A stretch of DNA of 64,000 nucleotides. It comes from Deltaproteobacteria bacterium TL4 (GTDB taxonomy: Bacteria > SAR324 > NAC60-12). A program made the position numbers and the translations under genes. A model generated the notes under the pieces. That model had not been told where the DNA came from, did not search any database, and saw only the letters and a program-made list of their open reading frames with translations. Positions 47,966-56,313 of this stretch are shown here, piece by piece (positions within the stretch are counted from its first letter, which is position 1; every line of letters starts with the position of its first letter). Where the stretch lies: the NCBI GenBank assembly GCA_051382335.1, contig JBBCAX010000094.1, positions 20,462 through 84,461 on the forward strand, given 5' to 3'.

Positions 47966-48241
47966 TTATTTGTGAGAGAGGGGTTTGAGCAGATACTCAA
48001 GACCATTCATTTTGATTTCCAGAGTCAGTGTCATCAACATTCCTAATTCGCCTTTAGGGAAGCCCTTTTGTGAAAACCATACCAGGTAGTTTTGAGGTAA
48101 ATCCATAAGGTAACGGTTAGCGTATTTACCAAAGGGCATCTTTGTTTCTGTGAGCTTGCTCAACACTTTCGGATCACCTGCCAGTTCCTTAGTGCTCATT
48201 TGTGCCATCTCAATACGTTTTTCAAGAGCTGTTGGAGCCAT
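47966..48241 (-). CDS. DUF3820 family small protein
   Basis: MPFGKY..RYL.DLP..YLVWF..KGFP.GELG......EIK.NGLE.L..PL; start may be 48208. Confidence 0.85.
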   Translation of the reverse strand: MAPTALEKRIEMAQMSTKELAGDPKVLSKLTETKMPFGKYANRYLMDLPQNYLVWFSQKGFPKGELGMLMTLTLEIKMNGLEYLLKPLSHK

Positions 48242-48253
48242 ATATCGGGCTCC

Positions 48254-48487
48254 TCACGCATCCTTCTTCAGGATCACACCAACACATTTTTGGGCGGATT
48301 TACACCAATCCGCGCATCCCATGTCAATGCGTGGATTGCGAACCTCACTCCCACAACCGTGACAATAATGCAGCGGTTCATCTTTCCAAAATTCAATTTC
48401 TTCACGACAGTTGGGACAGCTCACCTCAAAAATGGCATCTGCCGTCCAATTTCTCATGTCTTGTCCCGGGCAACGGTGTTGCATCAT
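48254..48487 (-). CDS. Small Cys-rich zinc-ribbon/Fe-S protein
   Basis: CPGQD...CPNC...EFWKDE....C.GCG...NP..D.GCA.WC..A..C. Confidence 0.8.
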   Translation of the reverse strand: MMQHRCPGQDMRNWTADAIFEVSCPNCREEIEFWKDEPLHYCHGCGSEVRNPRIDMGCADWCKSAQKCVGVILKKDA

Positions 48488-48539
48488 GGCCTCTTTTTTG
48501 GTGGGAAGTTCCTTCAATTAAAATAAAGCTCAGTTCGGT

Positions 48540-50450
48540 TCATCGGCGATTCAAAGCGAACTTGACCGAAGGAAAAAGCTCCAGGTGGGTATTGGGTAAA
48601 AACAACGCCGCAGTGTATTGATCCATATACCTTGGATCTGTGCTCAATTCAAGGTTTGTCATATTTTGGGCCAATTTCAATTGTTTTTTTCGGTACTCTT
48701 GTGAAACCAGAACCATGTGTGTTCCCATTAAAGAGGAATTACCAATGAATTGAAATTTGGCTCGGGGTATGTCTGGAATCAGACCAATCACAATCGCCTT
48801 TTCTAAATCTATAAATCGACCAAAGCCACCAGCGATATAAACATGCGCCAAGTCCTCAAACGACATTTCAACGTGTTGGAGCATCAACGCGCAGGCCGCA
48901 TAAATGGCGGCTTTTGCACGGATAATGTTATTGATATCCAACTCACTGATCGTAATGGGTTTGCCGGTTGCGCTTTCGTTTTCATGGGCAATGATATAAT
49001 GGGCTTGTCGCCCCTTCACCTGAATCGCTTTGCAGGCCTTTGCGCGATTGAACTTTCCGGCGGCATCAAGCCAGCCAGAAAGGAAGAGGTTTGCCAACAA
49101 AGAGATCATGCCTGAACCACAAATTCCCTTGGGCGGCTGATTGCCAATCGTCCAGAACTGGGCGACTCCAGTGTCCGGATCAATTTCCACCCGTTCAATG
49201 GCTCCGTGACTGGCCCGCATTCCGTGATCTACGCCTGAGCCTTCAAACGCGGGACCCGCAGAACAGGCACAGGCTAACAAAAAATCACAGTTTCCAAGAA
49301 CCAGTTCTCCATTGGTTCCTATGTCAATGAAAAGGTTCAGTTCTTCGGAATCTGTCGCCAAATCGGAACATAACACTCCGGCTGTGATATCCCCACCGAC
49401 ATAACTGCCTACATTAGGAGAAATGTGTACCCAGGATTGAGGATTGATCTGCAGGCCAACTTCTTGTGCGGTTAATAAAGGGACTTCCAGTAAAGTGGGG
49501 GTATAAGGCTCAAGTCGAAGATACTCAGGGTTGAGTCCCAGTAGCAGGTGGATCATGGTGGTATTTCCGGAAATTGCGGAATTGGAAATGGTTTGAAGAG
49601 CGATCCCGTGCTCCTCAGCCGCTTTTTGTGCCAGGCGGTTGATCGTCTCTAACACACGAACCCTCAATTCCTCCAGCCGTTCCGGCCGTTTTGCGTAATT
49701 AATCCGACTGATCACATCAAGGCCGCATTTCAACTGATCGTTATAATCATTTTGTGTCGAAATCACTTCGAACTCAGACAAAGACACCAGTTGTACCGAG
49801 ATCGTCGTTGTTCCCAGATCTACAGCAAGGCCAAAATGCTGAGCGGTGTGTTGACCGGATTCAAGCTGAATGACATGATATTGATCCTGCTCACAAATCA
49901 GGGTGACCGTTATCTGCCCCTCTTCCGCACGAAGCGTCTCCGCGAGAGATCGGATGACCGCAAGCGGATAAATCACTTCTTTTTTCCCCACGCTCTTTTG
50001 GATTTCCCGTGTCAAACGATCCCGGTCAGACAGACCATCTTCCCTCTGAGCTGCTGGAATTTCCAAATACCACTTGTGGGCCAAGGCGTTGAGCTGTTCT
50101 TTTTTTGGAAGTAATTCATGACGAATCAGGCTGAGGTTTTCATGAACCTTATCAAACTTGCCCTCTTTACGCTCGTCTTGTTCAGGGACTTCAAAAGTGA
50201 CAGGAGTGTTCATGATGTGTGTTTGACAAGCCAGCACAAAGCCTTCGTCAATCGCGTTTTGAGGGAGGATTTCAAGGTTATCAAAACGAACCTCGCCAGC
50301 CACGACCCGAACCAGACACGCGCCGCATGTTCCTGTACTGCCGCAGGGTGATTCAATGCTCACACCGGCTTCATGAGCCGCGTTCAGGAGTTCTGTTCCC
50401 GGAGGAACGTCTATGGTTTTTCCGGAAGGTTGAAAAGTAATTACAGGCAT
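48540..50450 (-). CDS. ATP-dependent reductive activator of corrinoid proteins (RACo/AcsV family; 2Fe-2S plus ASKHA)
   Basis: C-x5-C-x2-C...LACQ ferredoxin; DLGTT, GNTTM.H, SYVGGD, DIGTNGE, CSAGPAFEG, GICGSG, AGGFG. Confidence 0.9.
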   Translation of the reverse strand: MPVITFQPSGKTIDVPPGTELLNAAHEAGVSIESPCGSTGTCGACLVRVVAGEVRFDNLEILPQNAIDEGFVLACQTHIMNTPVTFEVPEQDERKEGKFDKVHENLSLIRHELLPKKEQLNALAHKWYLEIPAAQREDGLSDRDRLTREIQKSVGKKEVIYPLAVIRSLAETLRAEEGQITVTLICEQDQYHVIQLESGQHTAQHFGLAVDLGTTTISVQLVSLSEFEVISTQNDYNDQLKCGLDVISRINYAKRPERLEELRVRVLETINRLAQKAAEEHGIALQTISNSAISGNTTMIHLLLGLNPEYLRLEPYTPTLLEVPLLTAQEVGLQINPQSWVHISPNVGSYVGGDITAGVLCSDLATDSEELNLFIDIGTNGELVLGNCDFLLACACSAGPAFEGSGVDHGMRASHGAIERVEIDPDTGVAQFWTIGNQPPKGICGSGMISLLANLFLSGWLDAAGKFNRAKACKAIQVKGRQAHYIIAHENESATGKPITISELDINNIIRAKAAIYAACALMLQHVEMSFEDLAHVYIAGGFGRFIDLEKAIVIGLIPDIPRAKFQFIGNSSLMGTHMVLVSQEYRKKQLKLAQNMTNLELSTDPRYMDQYTAALFLPNTHLELFPSVKFALNRR

Positions 50451-50559
50451 GACTTTAATTGTTCCTAGAAGGTGTTGTCGATGGCTACTGAATTCTAATT
50501 TTCTGGGGAGTTTATAAGATTCGGCCAGTACCAGCAACTCAAATTTTGGGTTTGGACAT

Positions 50560-50841
50560 AAACACAAACGTCAGTCTGATATCGCAGTAAGGTTCATAAA
50601 TAAAGCTGTTTTTCGAGGGCAGCGTAAAACTGTTCGAATAAACTTGCAAACCAATCCCCTTTTATTGCATAAGGACCCTGCAAATATTCACTCTCTCTCG
50701 ACTATGAATTATGAAAACCACAACATCTTCAGTATGCTGACGTCTGGAGTTGCCAAACTTCTGAAAAAACAGGTTAAGGGAAGTGAATTGCGTCAAGCTA
50801 TTGAGCATTGTCTCCACTTCAATAACCATGCAACTGAATAA
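50560..50841 (+). pseudogene. Possible decayed receiver-domain fragment
   Basis: GVAKLLKKQVKGSELRQAI resembles a REC C-terminus; stop 6 bp before rsbW-like gene; no good start. Confidence 0.3.
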
Positions 50842-50847
50842 AATACG

Positions 50848-51294
50848 ATGAGTTCCATTAAGTTAACCATTGAAAGTCAACTGGAACATATCCCTTTAGT
50901 GGGATTGGCTCTTCGCTCTTTCGCGGGACATGCCGCGTTTGATGAGGAAGACAGCTTTATGATTGAACTGGCGGTGGTTGAAGCGGTTACCAATGTTGTC
51001 GAACATGCTTATGAATTACAACCGGGTAACTTGGTTGAGATTGAAGTGTTGATTCAACCGGATGCGATCCTTTGCCACATTTATGATAAAGGCAAACCTA
51101 TGCCCCCAGTTAAAGTGCCGCTCATCAACAGAAGTTACAACGTGGACGATTTAGATTCAATTTCTGATCGAGGGAGAGGAATTGCCTTAATTCACCAAAT
51201 CATGGATGAAGTGACGTATCAACGCTGTGATGAAATTAATTTTCTGACTTTGAAAAAACTATATAAAAATTTAACCACAGATGAACGCAGATGA
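50848..51294 (+). CDS. RsbW-like anti-sigma factor Ser/Thr kinase
   Basis: LAVVEAVTNVVEHAY, YDKGKP, GRGIALI..IMDEV. Confidence 0.9.
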   Translation: MSSIKLTIESQLEHIPLVGLALRSFAGHAAFDEEDSFMIELAVVEAVTNVVEHAYELQPGNLVEIEVLIQPDAILCHIYDKGKPMPPVKVPLINRSYNVDDLDSISDRGRGIALIHQIMDEVTYQRCDEINFLTLKKLYKNLTTDERR

Positions 51295-51302
51295 ACGCAG
51301 AT
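51273..51302. repeat. 10-bp tandem repeat
   Basis: AACCACAGAT GAACGCAGAT GAACGCAGAT. Confidence 0.75.
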
Positions 51303-51325
51303 TATTTATTAAATTTAGAAACAAT

Positions 51326-51523
51326 GAGGAACCCTGCAAATAAATAAATTCAGCAAACTCATCCTGTTGCGCTGTTGCGAGATCCGTTTAAACAACGCTG
51401 TTTCAGGAGTGCCAAAGCTTGCTTTGGCCAGAAAGGCGAAGGCCTTTCTTTGGATGTGACCAAAACAAGCTTTGGCACTCCACAGTCTGGATTAGACTCA
51501 AATGAATTTATTTATCGAAAGTT
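51326..51523. mobile_element. Family A core with different outer termini
   Basis: Internal ~170 bp homologous to 51734-51923; ends GAGGAACCCTGCAAATAAATAAATTC / GAATTTATTTATCGAAAGTT. Confidence 0.8.
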
Positions 51524-51725
51524 AACAATAGTCAGAATATTTATCGGCGGTATTCGAATCTTGAATTGTTTCAGGGCGTTTCAAATCCACACGTGGTTCC
51601 ACGGAGTCAGGCGCTATGGGGGGTTGCTTCCCCTCAGAGGAACGTGGCCTGCGTTTGATCTTTTGAAACAGTTTTTTAATGCTATCAAATAAGTATTCCA
51701 TGGGGTGCGCCTTCACGTTTGCCAA
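51522..51725 (-). CDS. Short hypothetical protein between MITE copies
   Basis: 67 aa ORF (58 aa from the internal ATG); no recognisable motif. Confidence 0.25.
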   Translation of the reverse strand: MANVKAHPMEYLFDSIKKLFQKIKRRPRSSEGKQPPIAPDSVEPRVDLKRPETIQDSNTADKYSDYC

Positions 51726-51733
51726 ATCAGTTA

Positions 51734-51923
51734 TAGATGTTCATTTAAATAGATTCAGAAAACTCCTCCTGTTGCGTGATCCGTTTAAACAACGCTATTT
51801 CAGGAGTGCCAAAGCTTGCTTTGGCCAGAAAGGCGATGGCCTTGCTTTGGTTTTGGCCAAAGCAAGCTTTGGCACTCCACCGTCTGAGTTGGACTCAAAT
51901 GAATTTATTTAAATGAACGTCTA
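51734..51923. mobile_element. 190-bp MITE (family A), TA-flanked
   Basis: TA|TAGATGTTCATTTAAAT...ATTTAAATGAACGTCTA|TA; GGAG REP doublet inside. Confidence 0.92.
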
Positions 51924-51925
51924 TA

Positions 51926-52356
51926 GGACAATACCCGTGCATGAAATTGGAACGTTAATTAATAAACACCAAAATTACAGGAAGTTATATAACTACGGCA
52001 AGTATTCCTGAAGCTACCCACTTAACCCCCATGAGACAAGTCTCACAACGAAGCATGAAAGTAATTGGTAGGCCGGGATTACATGCCCGGCAAAATGAGG
52101 GGCACGTAGTCCCCTTCTACCACTTTCTTACAAAAGCGGGACATTGGTAGGCGGGGATTACATGCCCCGCTTTTCTGATCGTTGAGGTTGCCGGACACGT
52201 AGTTCCGGCCTACCATCGAGGTGTCCCGGCTTAAGTGAGTAGCCATTCCTGACATCATGGTGAAAAGTTTGTAGTTCCGCCTTTAGGCGGCTTTTCAGCA
52301 GGGTTTTTTGCCTAAAGGCGGGACTACAAACTTGAGTTCATGCACGGGTATTGCCC
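51926..52356. mobile_element. MITE family B, TA-flanked, interrupted by nested family C
   Basis: 20-bp TIR GG(A/G)CAATACCCGTGCATGAA (19/20); TA at 51924-51925 and 52357-52358; GTAG doublet near 52267-52331. Confidence 0.9.
52012..52244. mobile_element. 233-bp nested MITE (family C) with 8-bp target duplication and four GTAG REP units
   Basis: TIR AGCTACCCACTTAA / rc GGCTACTCACTTAA; ATTCCTGA at 52004-52011 and 52245-52252; REPs 52067-52091, 52097-52121, 52146-52170, 52190-52214. Confidence 0.88.
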
Positions 52357-52373
52357 TATTGGCGGGAGGGGCC

Positions 52374-53348
52374 TCATCCACTTTTGGAGCATTTTAAACA
52401 AACCGGATTTTCAGCATAGCGTCCTTCCGCATGCAGTTTTCTCAATGCCTTGATGGCAGGACCATTCCAAAGGGATTCAAGGGAACTGGTTTGTATTTCA
52501 CCAAGTTTTAAATAGCGGCTGAACATCGCACAGCAGGGAGTGACTTCTCCGTTTCCCCGGATGTATAAACGTTGCCAGGGTTGGTTGCATTGAAAATTAT
52601 GAACCGCTAACTTGCTTTCTCCGGATAAATGTTCATATTCGCCTTCGGTATCAGGCGTCATGAATTCTTGAAGAACAATAAAATCGACGCGGTCATTCCA
52701 ATACTCTACAAACGCTTCAATTTCATGTTCATTCTGCTTCATTCGTACAAAATTGACGCCTACCAGCGGTAAATCGGCCTGTAATTCTTTCTTTTTTTGT
52801 AAAAACAAAGCAATATTCCTCATCGTCCGTTCGAACTTTCCGTTAATACGAATTTTGGCATAGGTTTCTTCAGTGATGGCGTCAAGACTGAAGCGCAAAC
52901 GTGTCAATCCGGAACGAATGGTTCTTTCGGCAAGCGCTTCAGTCATCACCGAACCATTGGTATTCACCATAATGTCTAAAAAACCGTGTTCTCTTGCCAG
53001 CTCAAACCAATGAATGAGGTCTTTCATTAAAAAAGGTTCATTGTCCCCTTGAAAGGAGACGGAAGGACAATGAAATTTTTGTGCTTCTTTTAATAGCTTT
53101 AAAATCTTGCCAGTGGTCATACGCTCGGGGTATCCAAACTTTGCCTTCAATTCCGGATTACCTTGAGTGCACATAGGACACTGGAAATTACATTGATAGC
53201 TTGATTCAATGTGAAGAAATAAGGGAAAATCGCTTTCGAGCTGAAAACTGTTCACCTGATCCCAGCGTTTACGATATTCAGCAAACGCTTCTCCCTTGAT
53301 TGCGATCAAGCGTTTGATGGCGTCGCCTTCAGTTTTATATTGAATCAT
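52374..53348 (-). CDS. Radical SAM protein with SPASM/twitch domain
   Basis: CNFQCPMC, NTNG, C.QPW......NG.V.PCC...C.KC. Confidence 0.9.
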   Translation of the reverse strand: MIQYKTEGDAIKRLIAIKGEAFAEYRKRWDQVNSFQLESDFPLFLHIESSYQCNFQCPMCTQGNPELKAKFGYPERMTTGKILKLLKEAQKFHCPSVSFQGDNEPFLMKDLIHWFELAREHGFLDIMVNTNGSVMTEALAERTIRSGLTRLRFSLDAITEETYAKIRINGKFERTMRNIALFLQKKKELQADLPLVGVNFVRMKQNEHEIEAFVEYWNDRVDFIVLQEFMTPDTEGEYEHLSGESKLAVHNFQCNQPWQRLYIRGNGEVTPCCAMFSRYLKLGEIQTSSLESLWNGPAIKALRKLHAEGRYAENPVCLKCSKSG

Positions 53349-53355
53349 GATTTCT

Positions 53356-54414
53356 CTACATTTTTCCATAAAGCTCAATAATGATTTCGGGAGTAAACAC
53401 ACTTTTCCAGTTTTCTCCCAAGGCATTGGTGAGCGGTTTTTCCATTTTGAGCGTCATCGCCACCATACGTTCGAGCATATCCGCATTGACCTCTTGAGTG
53501 ACCTTGCCCGGAAGCGGGACACCGAACTTTTTCAGCATTTCACGCATTTCAAGGACATATTCGCCATAGTAAGACTCCAACGTGTTAAAGGCGATGCAGT
53601 TAGCGACACCGTGATGATAGCCTAATTCCAGACTGAGCCCATAAGACAAGGCGTGACAAATACCCACCTCAGAATTGACAATGGAGGCTCCCCCCAAATA
53701 AGAGGCAACCATCAATTTATCGCCGTCATCTTCGTAAAGCGCTTCTTTACACAATTCCAAGGCTTTGGCGGCATACGCTTTGGAGAGTTCGTTGATCATG
53801 GTCCCCGTCAAGGACTCAACACAGTGAATAAAACAATCCATAGCGGTATAAAACGCCTGGTCTTTAGGGACTGTTTTCAGCAGCGAAGAATCGCATAAAA
53901 TAGCATCAAACATACTATAATCGCTATTGATTCCAAATTTTTTATCAACTCCGGTCAACACCGCGGTTCGGCTTGCCTCCGCGCCTGTCCCTGAGAGTGT
54001 AGGAATCCCGACTTTGAAGACTGCTCGATTTTTGACAAGATCCCACCCTTGGTAATTGGCAGAAGAGCCTTCATTTTTCAACACCACTGAAAGCGCTTTT
54101 CCAACATCCAGGGCACTTCCTCCACCAATGGCAATTATCGCGAGAGGGTCGGCTTTCCCCTGATTAACGACCTCGTCTTTAATGGCATCCACTTGTAGCG
54201 TTTTGGGTTCGTCTGTGGTATCAACCCATATCAGCAAATCTTGATCACTGAGATCAATCCTTTTCATCAAGTCTGTTTTCTGATGAACATGATCAACCAC
54301 ATAAATATAATATTCGGCTTCTGAAGCCCTTGCGGGCAATAGCTCAGCGAGTCGTTTCAAGGTTCCTGCACCAAAGAGGATGCGAGGCACTTGCTTGAAT
54401 ATTTTTGCTATCAT
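53356..54414 (-). CDS. Iron-containing alcohol dehydrogenase family, KdnB-like sugar-acid 8-oxidase
   Basis: GGGSALD.GK, YQGWDLVK, PTLSGTGAE.SRTAVL, DCFIHCVESL, CHALSYGLS, HHG. Confidence 0.8.
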   Translation of the reverse strand: MIAKIFKQVPRILFGAGTLKRLAELLPARASEAEYYIYVVDHVHQKTDLMKRIDLSDQDLLIWVDTTDEPKTLQVDAIKDEVVNQGKADPLAIIAIGGGSALDVGKALSVVLKNEGSSANYQGWDLVKNRAVFKVGIPTLSGTGAEASRTAVLTGVDKKFGINSDYSMFDAILCDSSLLKTVPKDQAFYTAMDCFIHCVESLTGTMINELSKAYAAKALELCKEALYEDDGDKLMVASYLGGASIVNSEVGICHALSYGLSLELGYHHGVANCIAFNTLESYYGEYVLEMREMLKKFGVPLPGKVTQEVNADMLERMVAMTLKMEKPLTNALGENWKSVFTPEIIIELYGKM

Positions 54415-55043
54415 AATTTTCCCTGTTGTTTATAGGATAAGAGTTTTTCCAGAATCAGGATATCCACCTCATCATCGATTTCGAAGTTATAGATTTTGGG
54501 AATGACTTTTTTGTTAATTCGTGTTCCAAACCACTGCTCTGCCAACGCCAGTGAGCGTTTCAGAATATAGACATTTCCATCATCATAAAAAAAACCCTGA
54601 TAATCCTGGCGCCTCCCGTTGTTGTGAGTTCCAAACTCACGATATTTACAATACCATCCGGTGGCAAGATTGTCGTAGTCGTCACTCAAATATGAGGCAA
54701 TGCACTCATCAATCAAAGCAGGCGCTCTTAAAGGTGACGTCGGTTGCAACACAATCAAATGTTCCGCTTCGGGACGCTTTTCAGCAATATTCTTGAGCAC
54801 TGAAATAGTGGTTGCCTCATCGGTCGCAAGCTCCGCGGGACGCATCATGACAGGCGCCCCATAAGCTCGAGCAACTGCCGCGATTTCCTCATCATCGGTA
54901 GAAACCAGGAAATCATCCAGTTGCTTTGACTGTTTCGCTGATTCAATAGACCAGGCAATCAGCGGTTTTCCCCCAATTTTTTTAATATTCTTACCAGGAA
55001 TCCCTTTGCTTCCTCCCCGTGCGGGAATAACGCCTAAAAACAT
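54411..55043 (-). CDS. Acylneuraminate cytidylyltransferase (NeuA family)
   Basis: IPARGGSKGIPGKN, VSTDD, LQPTSPLR, EIDD. Confidence 0.92.
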   Translation of the reverse strand: MFLGVIPARGGSKGIPGKNIKKIGGKPLIAWSIESAKQSKQLDDFLVSTDDEEIAAVARAYGAPVMMRPAELATDEATTISVLKNIAEKRPEAEHLIVLQPTSPLRAPALIDECIASYLSDDYDNLATGWYCKYREFGTHNNGRRQDYQGFFYDDGNVYILKRSLALAEQWFGTRINKKVIPKIYNFEIDDEVDILILEKLLSYKQQGKL

Positions 55044-55044
55044 A

Positions 55045-56229
55045 TCATCCTCTAAGCTTGGTTAATGCGGAAATAGTGGATTTAATCAGATATTCAAAAT
55101 CTTCATCACTCATGGTCAGGTGAAAAGGAAATGAAATCATATTATCGTAGAAATGATCAATGTTCGGACAGTGTGCCTCTCCAAACCCCATTTTCTTGAA
55201 CAGATCATAGCGATACAGTGGATAATATTGAGCAATCACCTTGATGCGATATTCCCCGCTTAACATTTTGATTAAGTCATGATTGGTTTTGCCCCAACGT
55301 TTTCCATCATAACGCGCCGCTAATAAATGGTGACTATGGGTTGAAGGCTCATCACATTTTTGCAGCACAAGCTCATTGAAAGAAGCGAGCCTTTGCTGAA
55401 AAAGTTTGGCTCGTTTTCTCCGGGCGTCCGTTAACGCTCCCAACCGTTTGAGCAGGGCACTTCCCAAGGCCACTTGCGCTTCACAAATTGTAAACTTATG
55501 AGGCCAAACCCCTTCAAGGTTCAAATCCACATTGCTCATCGCGGGTTGCCAATATTCGCTCTGATTTTCAAAAGGAGCATGTCCGTTGTGTCTCAATCCA
55601 CGGATGTTTTTTGCCATTTTCTCATCTTTGACGAGTAACAACCCACCTTCTCCAAGGGTTGTGATGTTTTTTTGGGCATGAAAACTATAGGCGCCAAAAT
55701 CGCCAAAGGTTCCACAGGCTTTCTTGTGTTTAAATGAACCCAACGCCTGAGCACAGTCTTCAATCAAATAAATCCCTTCCGCCTGGGCGTATGCCGCAAT
55801 GGCTTCAATTTCGGGATCTATCATTCCATAGAGATGGACGACAATAATGGCTTTGGTTCGTTGGGTCTTCAGCCGTTTGATAGAGTCTAAGGAAACGGTG
55901 AAAGAGTCAGGGTCAATATCGGCCCATTTCAACGTGCCGCCCACACGGGCAAAAGGAATGGCGGTAGAACAATAGGTGTGTCCCGGGACAATCACTTCAT
56001 CGCCCGGCTTTATTTGAATCAAGTCCGCGATTATTTCTAAGGCATGAGTACAACTGGTCATGGCAAAACAATGGGGGCTTCCGACATAATTGGCAAAATC
56101 AGCTTCGAATTGTTTCTGATAAGGCCCTTGTGTTTGCGGGTCTCCGTGACGCATTACTTCCGCAACAATGTTGATCTCTTCTTCTGTATAGTCAATTGAT
56201 TTTCCTGACCAATTAATTTTAAAACTCAT
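55045..56229 (-). CDS. DegT/DnrJ/EryC1/StrS aminotransferase
   Basis: PGDEVIVP, VVHLYG, IEDCAQA, SFHAQKNITTLGEGG. Confidence 0.92.
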   Translation of the reverse strand: MSFKINWSGKSIDYTEEEINIVAEVMRHGDPQTQGPYQKQFEADFANYVGSPHCFAMTSCTHALEIIADLIQIKPGDEVIVPGHTYCSTAIPFARVGGTLKWADIDPDSFTVSLDSIKRLKTQRTKAIIVVHLYGMIDPEIEAIAAYAQAEGIYLIEDCAQALGSFKHKKACGTFGDFGAYSFHAQKNITTLGEGGLLLVKDEKMAKNIRGLRHNGHAPFENQSEYWQPAMSNVDLNLEGVWPHKFTICEAQVALGSALLKRLGALTDARRKRAKLFQQRLASFNELVLQKCDEPSTHSHHLLAARYDGKRWGKTNHDLIKMLSGEYRIKVIAQYYPLYRYDLFKKMGFGEAHCPNIDHFYDNMISFPFHLTMSDEDFEYLIKSTISALTKLRG

Positions 56230-56313
56230 AAAACTCCTTTGAAACTAAAATTAGTTGAATACGAACGATGCCGCCGTGGATAAACGCAGATAATTTTAAA
56301 AAATTCTTGATAA

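Noticed and set aside
48540..50450. Evidence for a Wood-Ljungdahl pathway
   Set aside because: No acs/cdh/methyltransferase genes in the window; RACo-family proteins serve other corrinoid systems too
51375..51912. ORFs 51375-51692 and 51679-51912, and the similar 36219-36443, as a small protein family
   Set aside because: Their similarity is just translation of MITE-A DNA; no RBS or protein motif
52067..52214. Four ~25-bp repeats resembling a mini CRISPR array
   Set aside because: Units alternate in orientation, spacing is irregular and short, they lie inside a TIR/TSD element, and no cas genes are present
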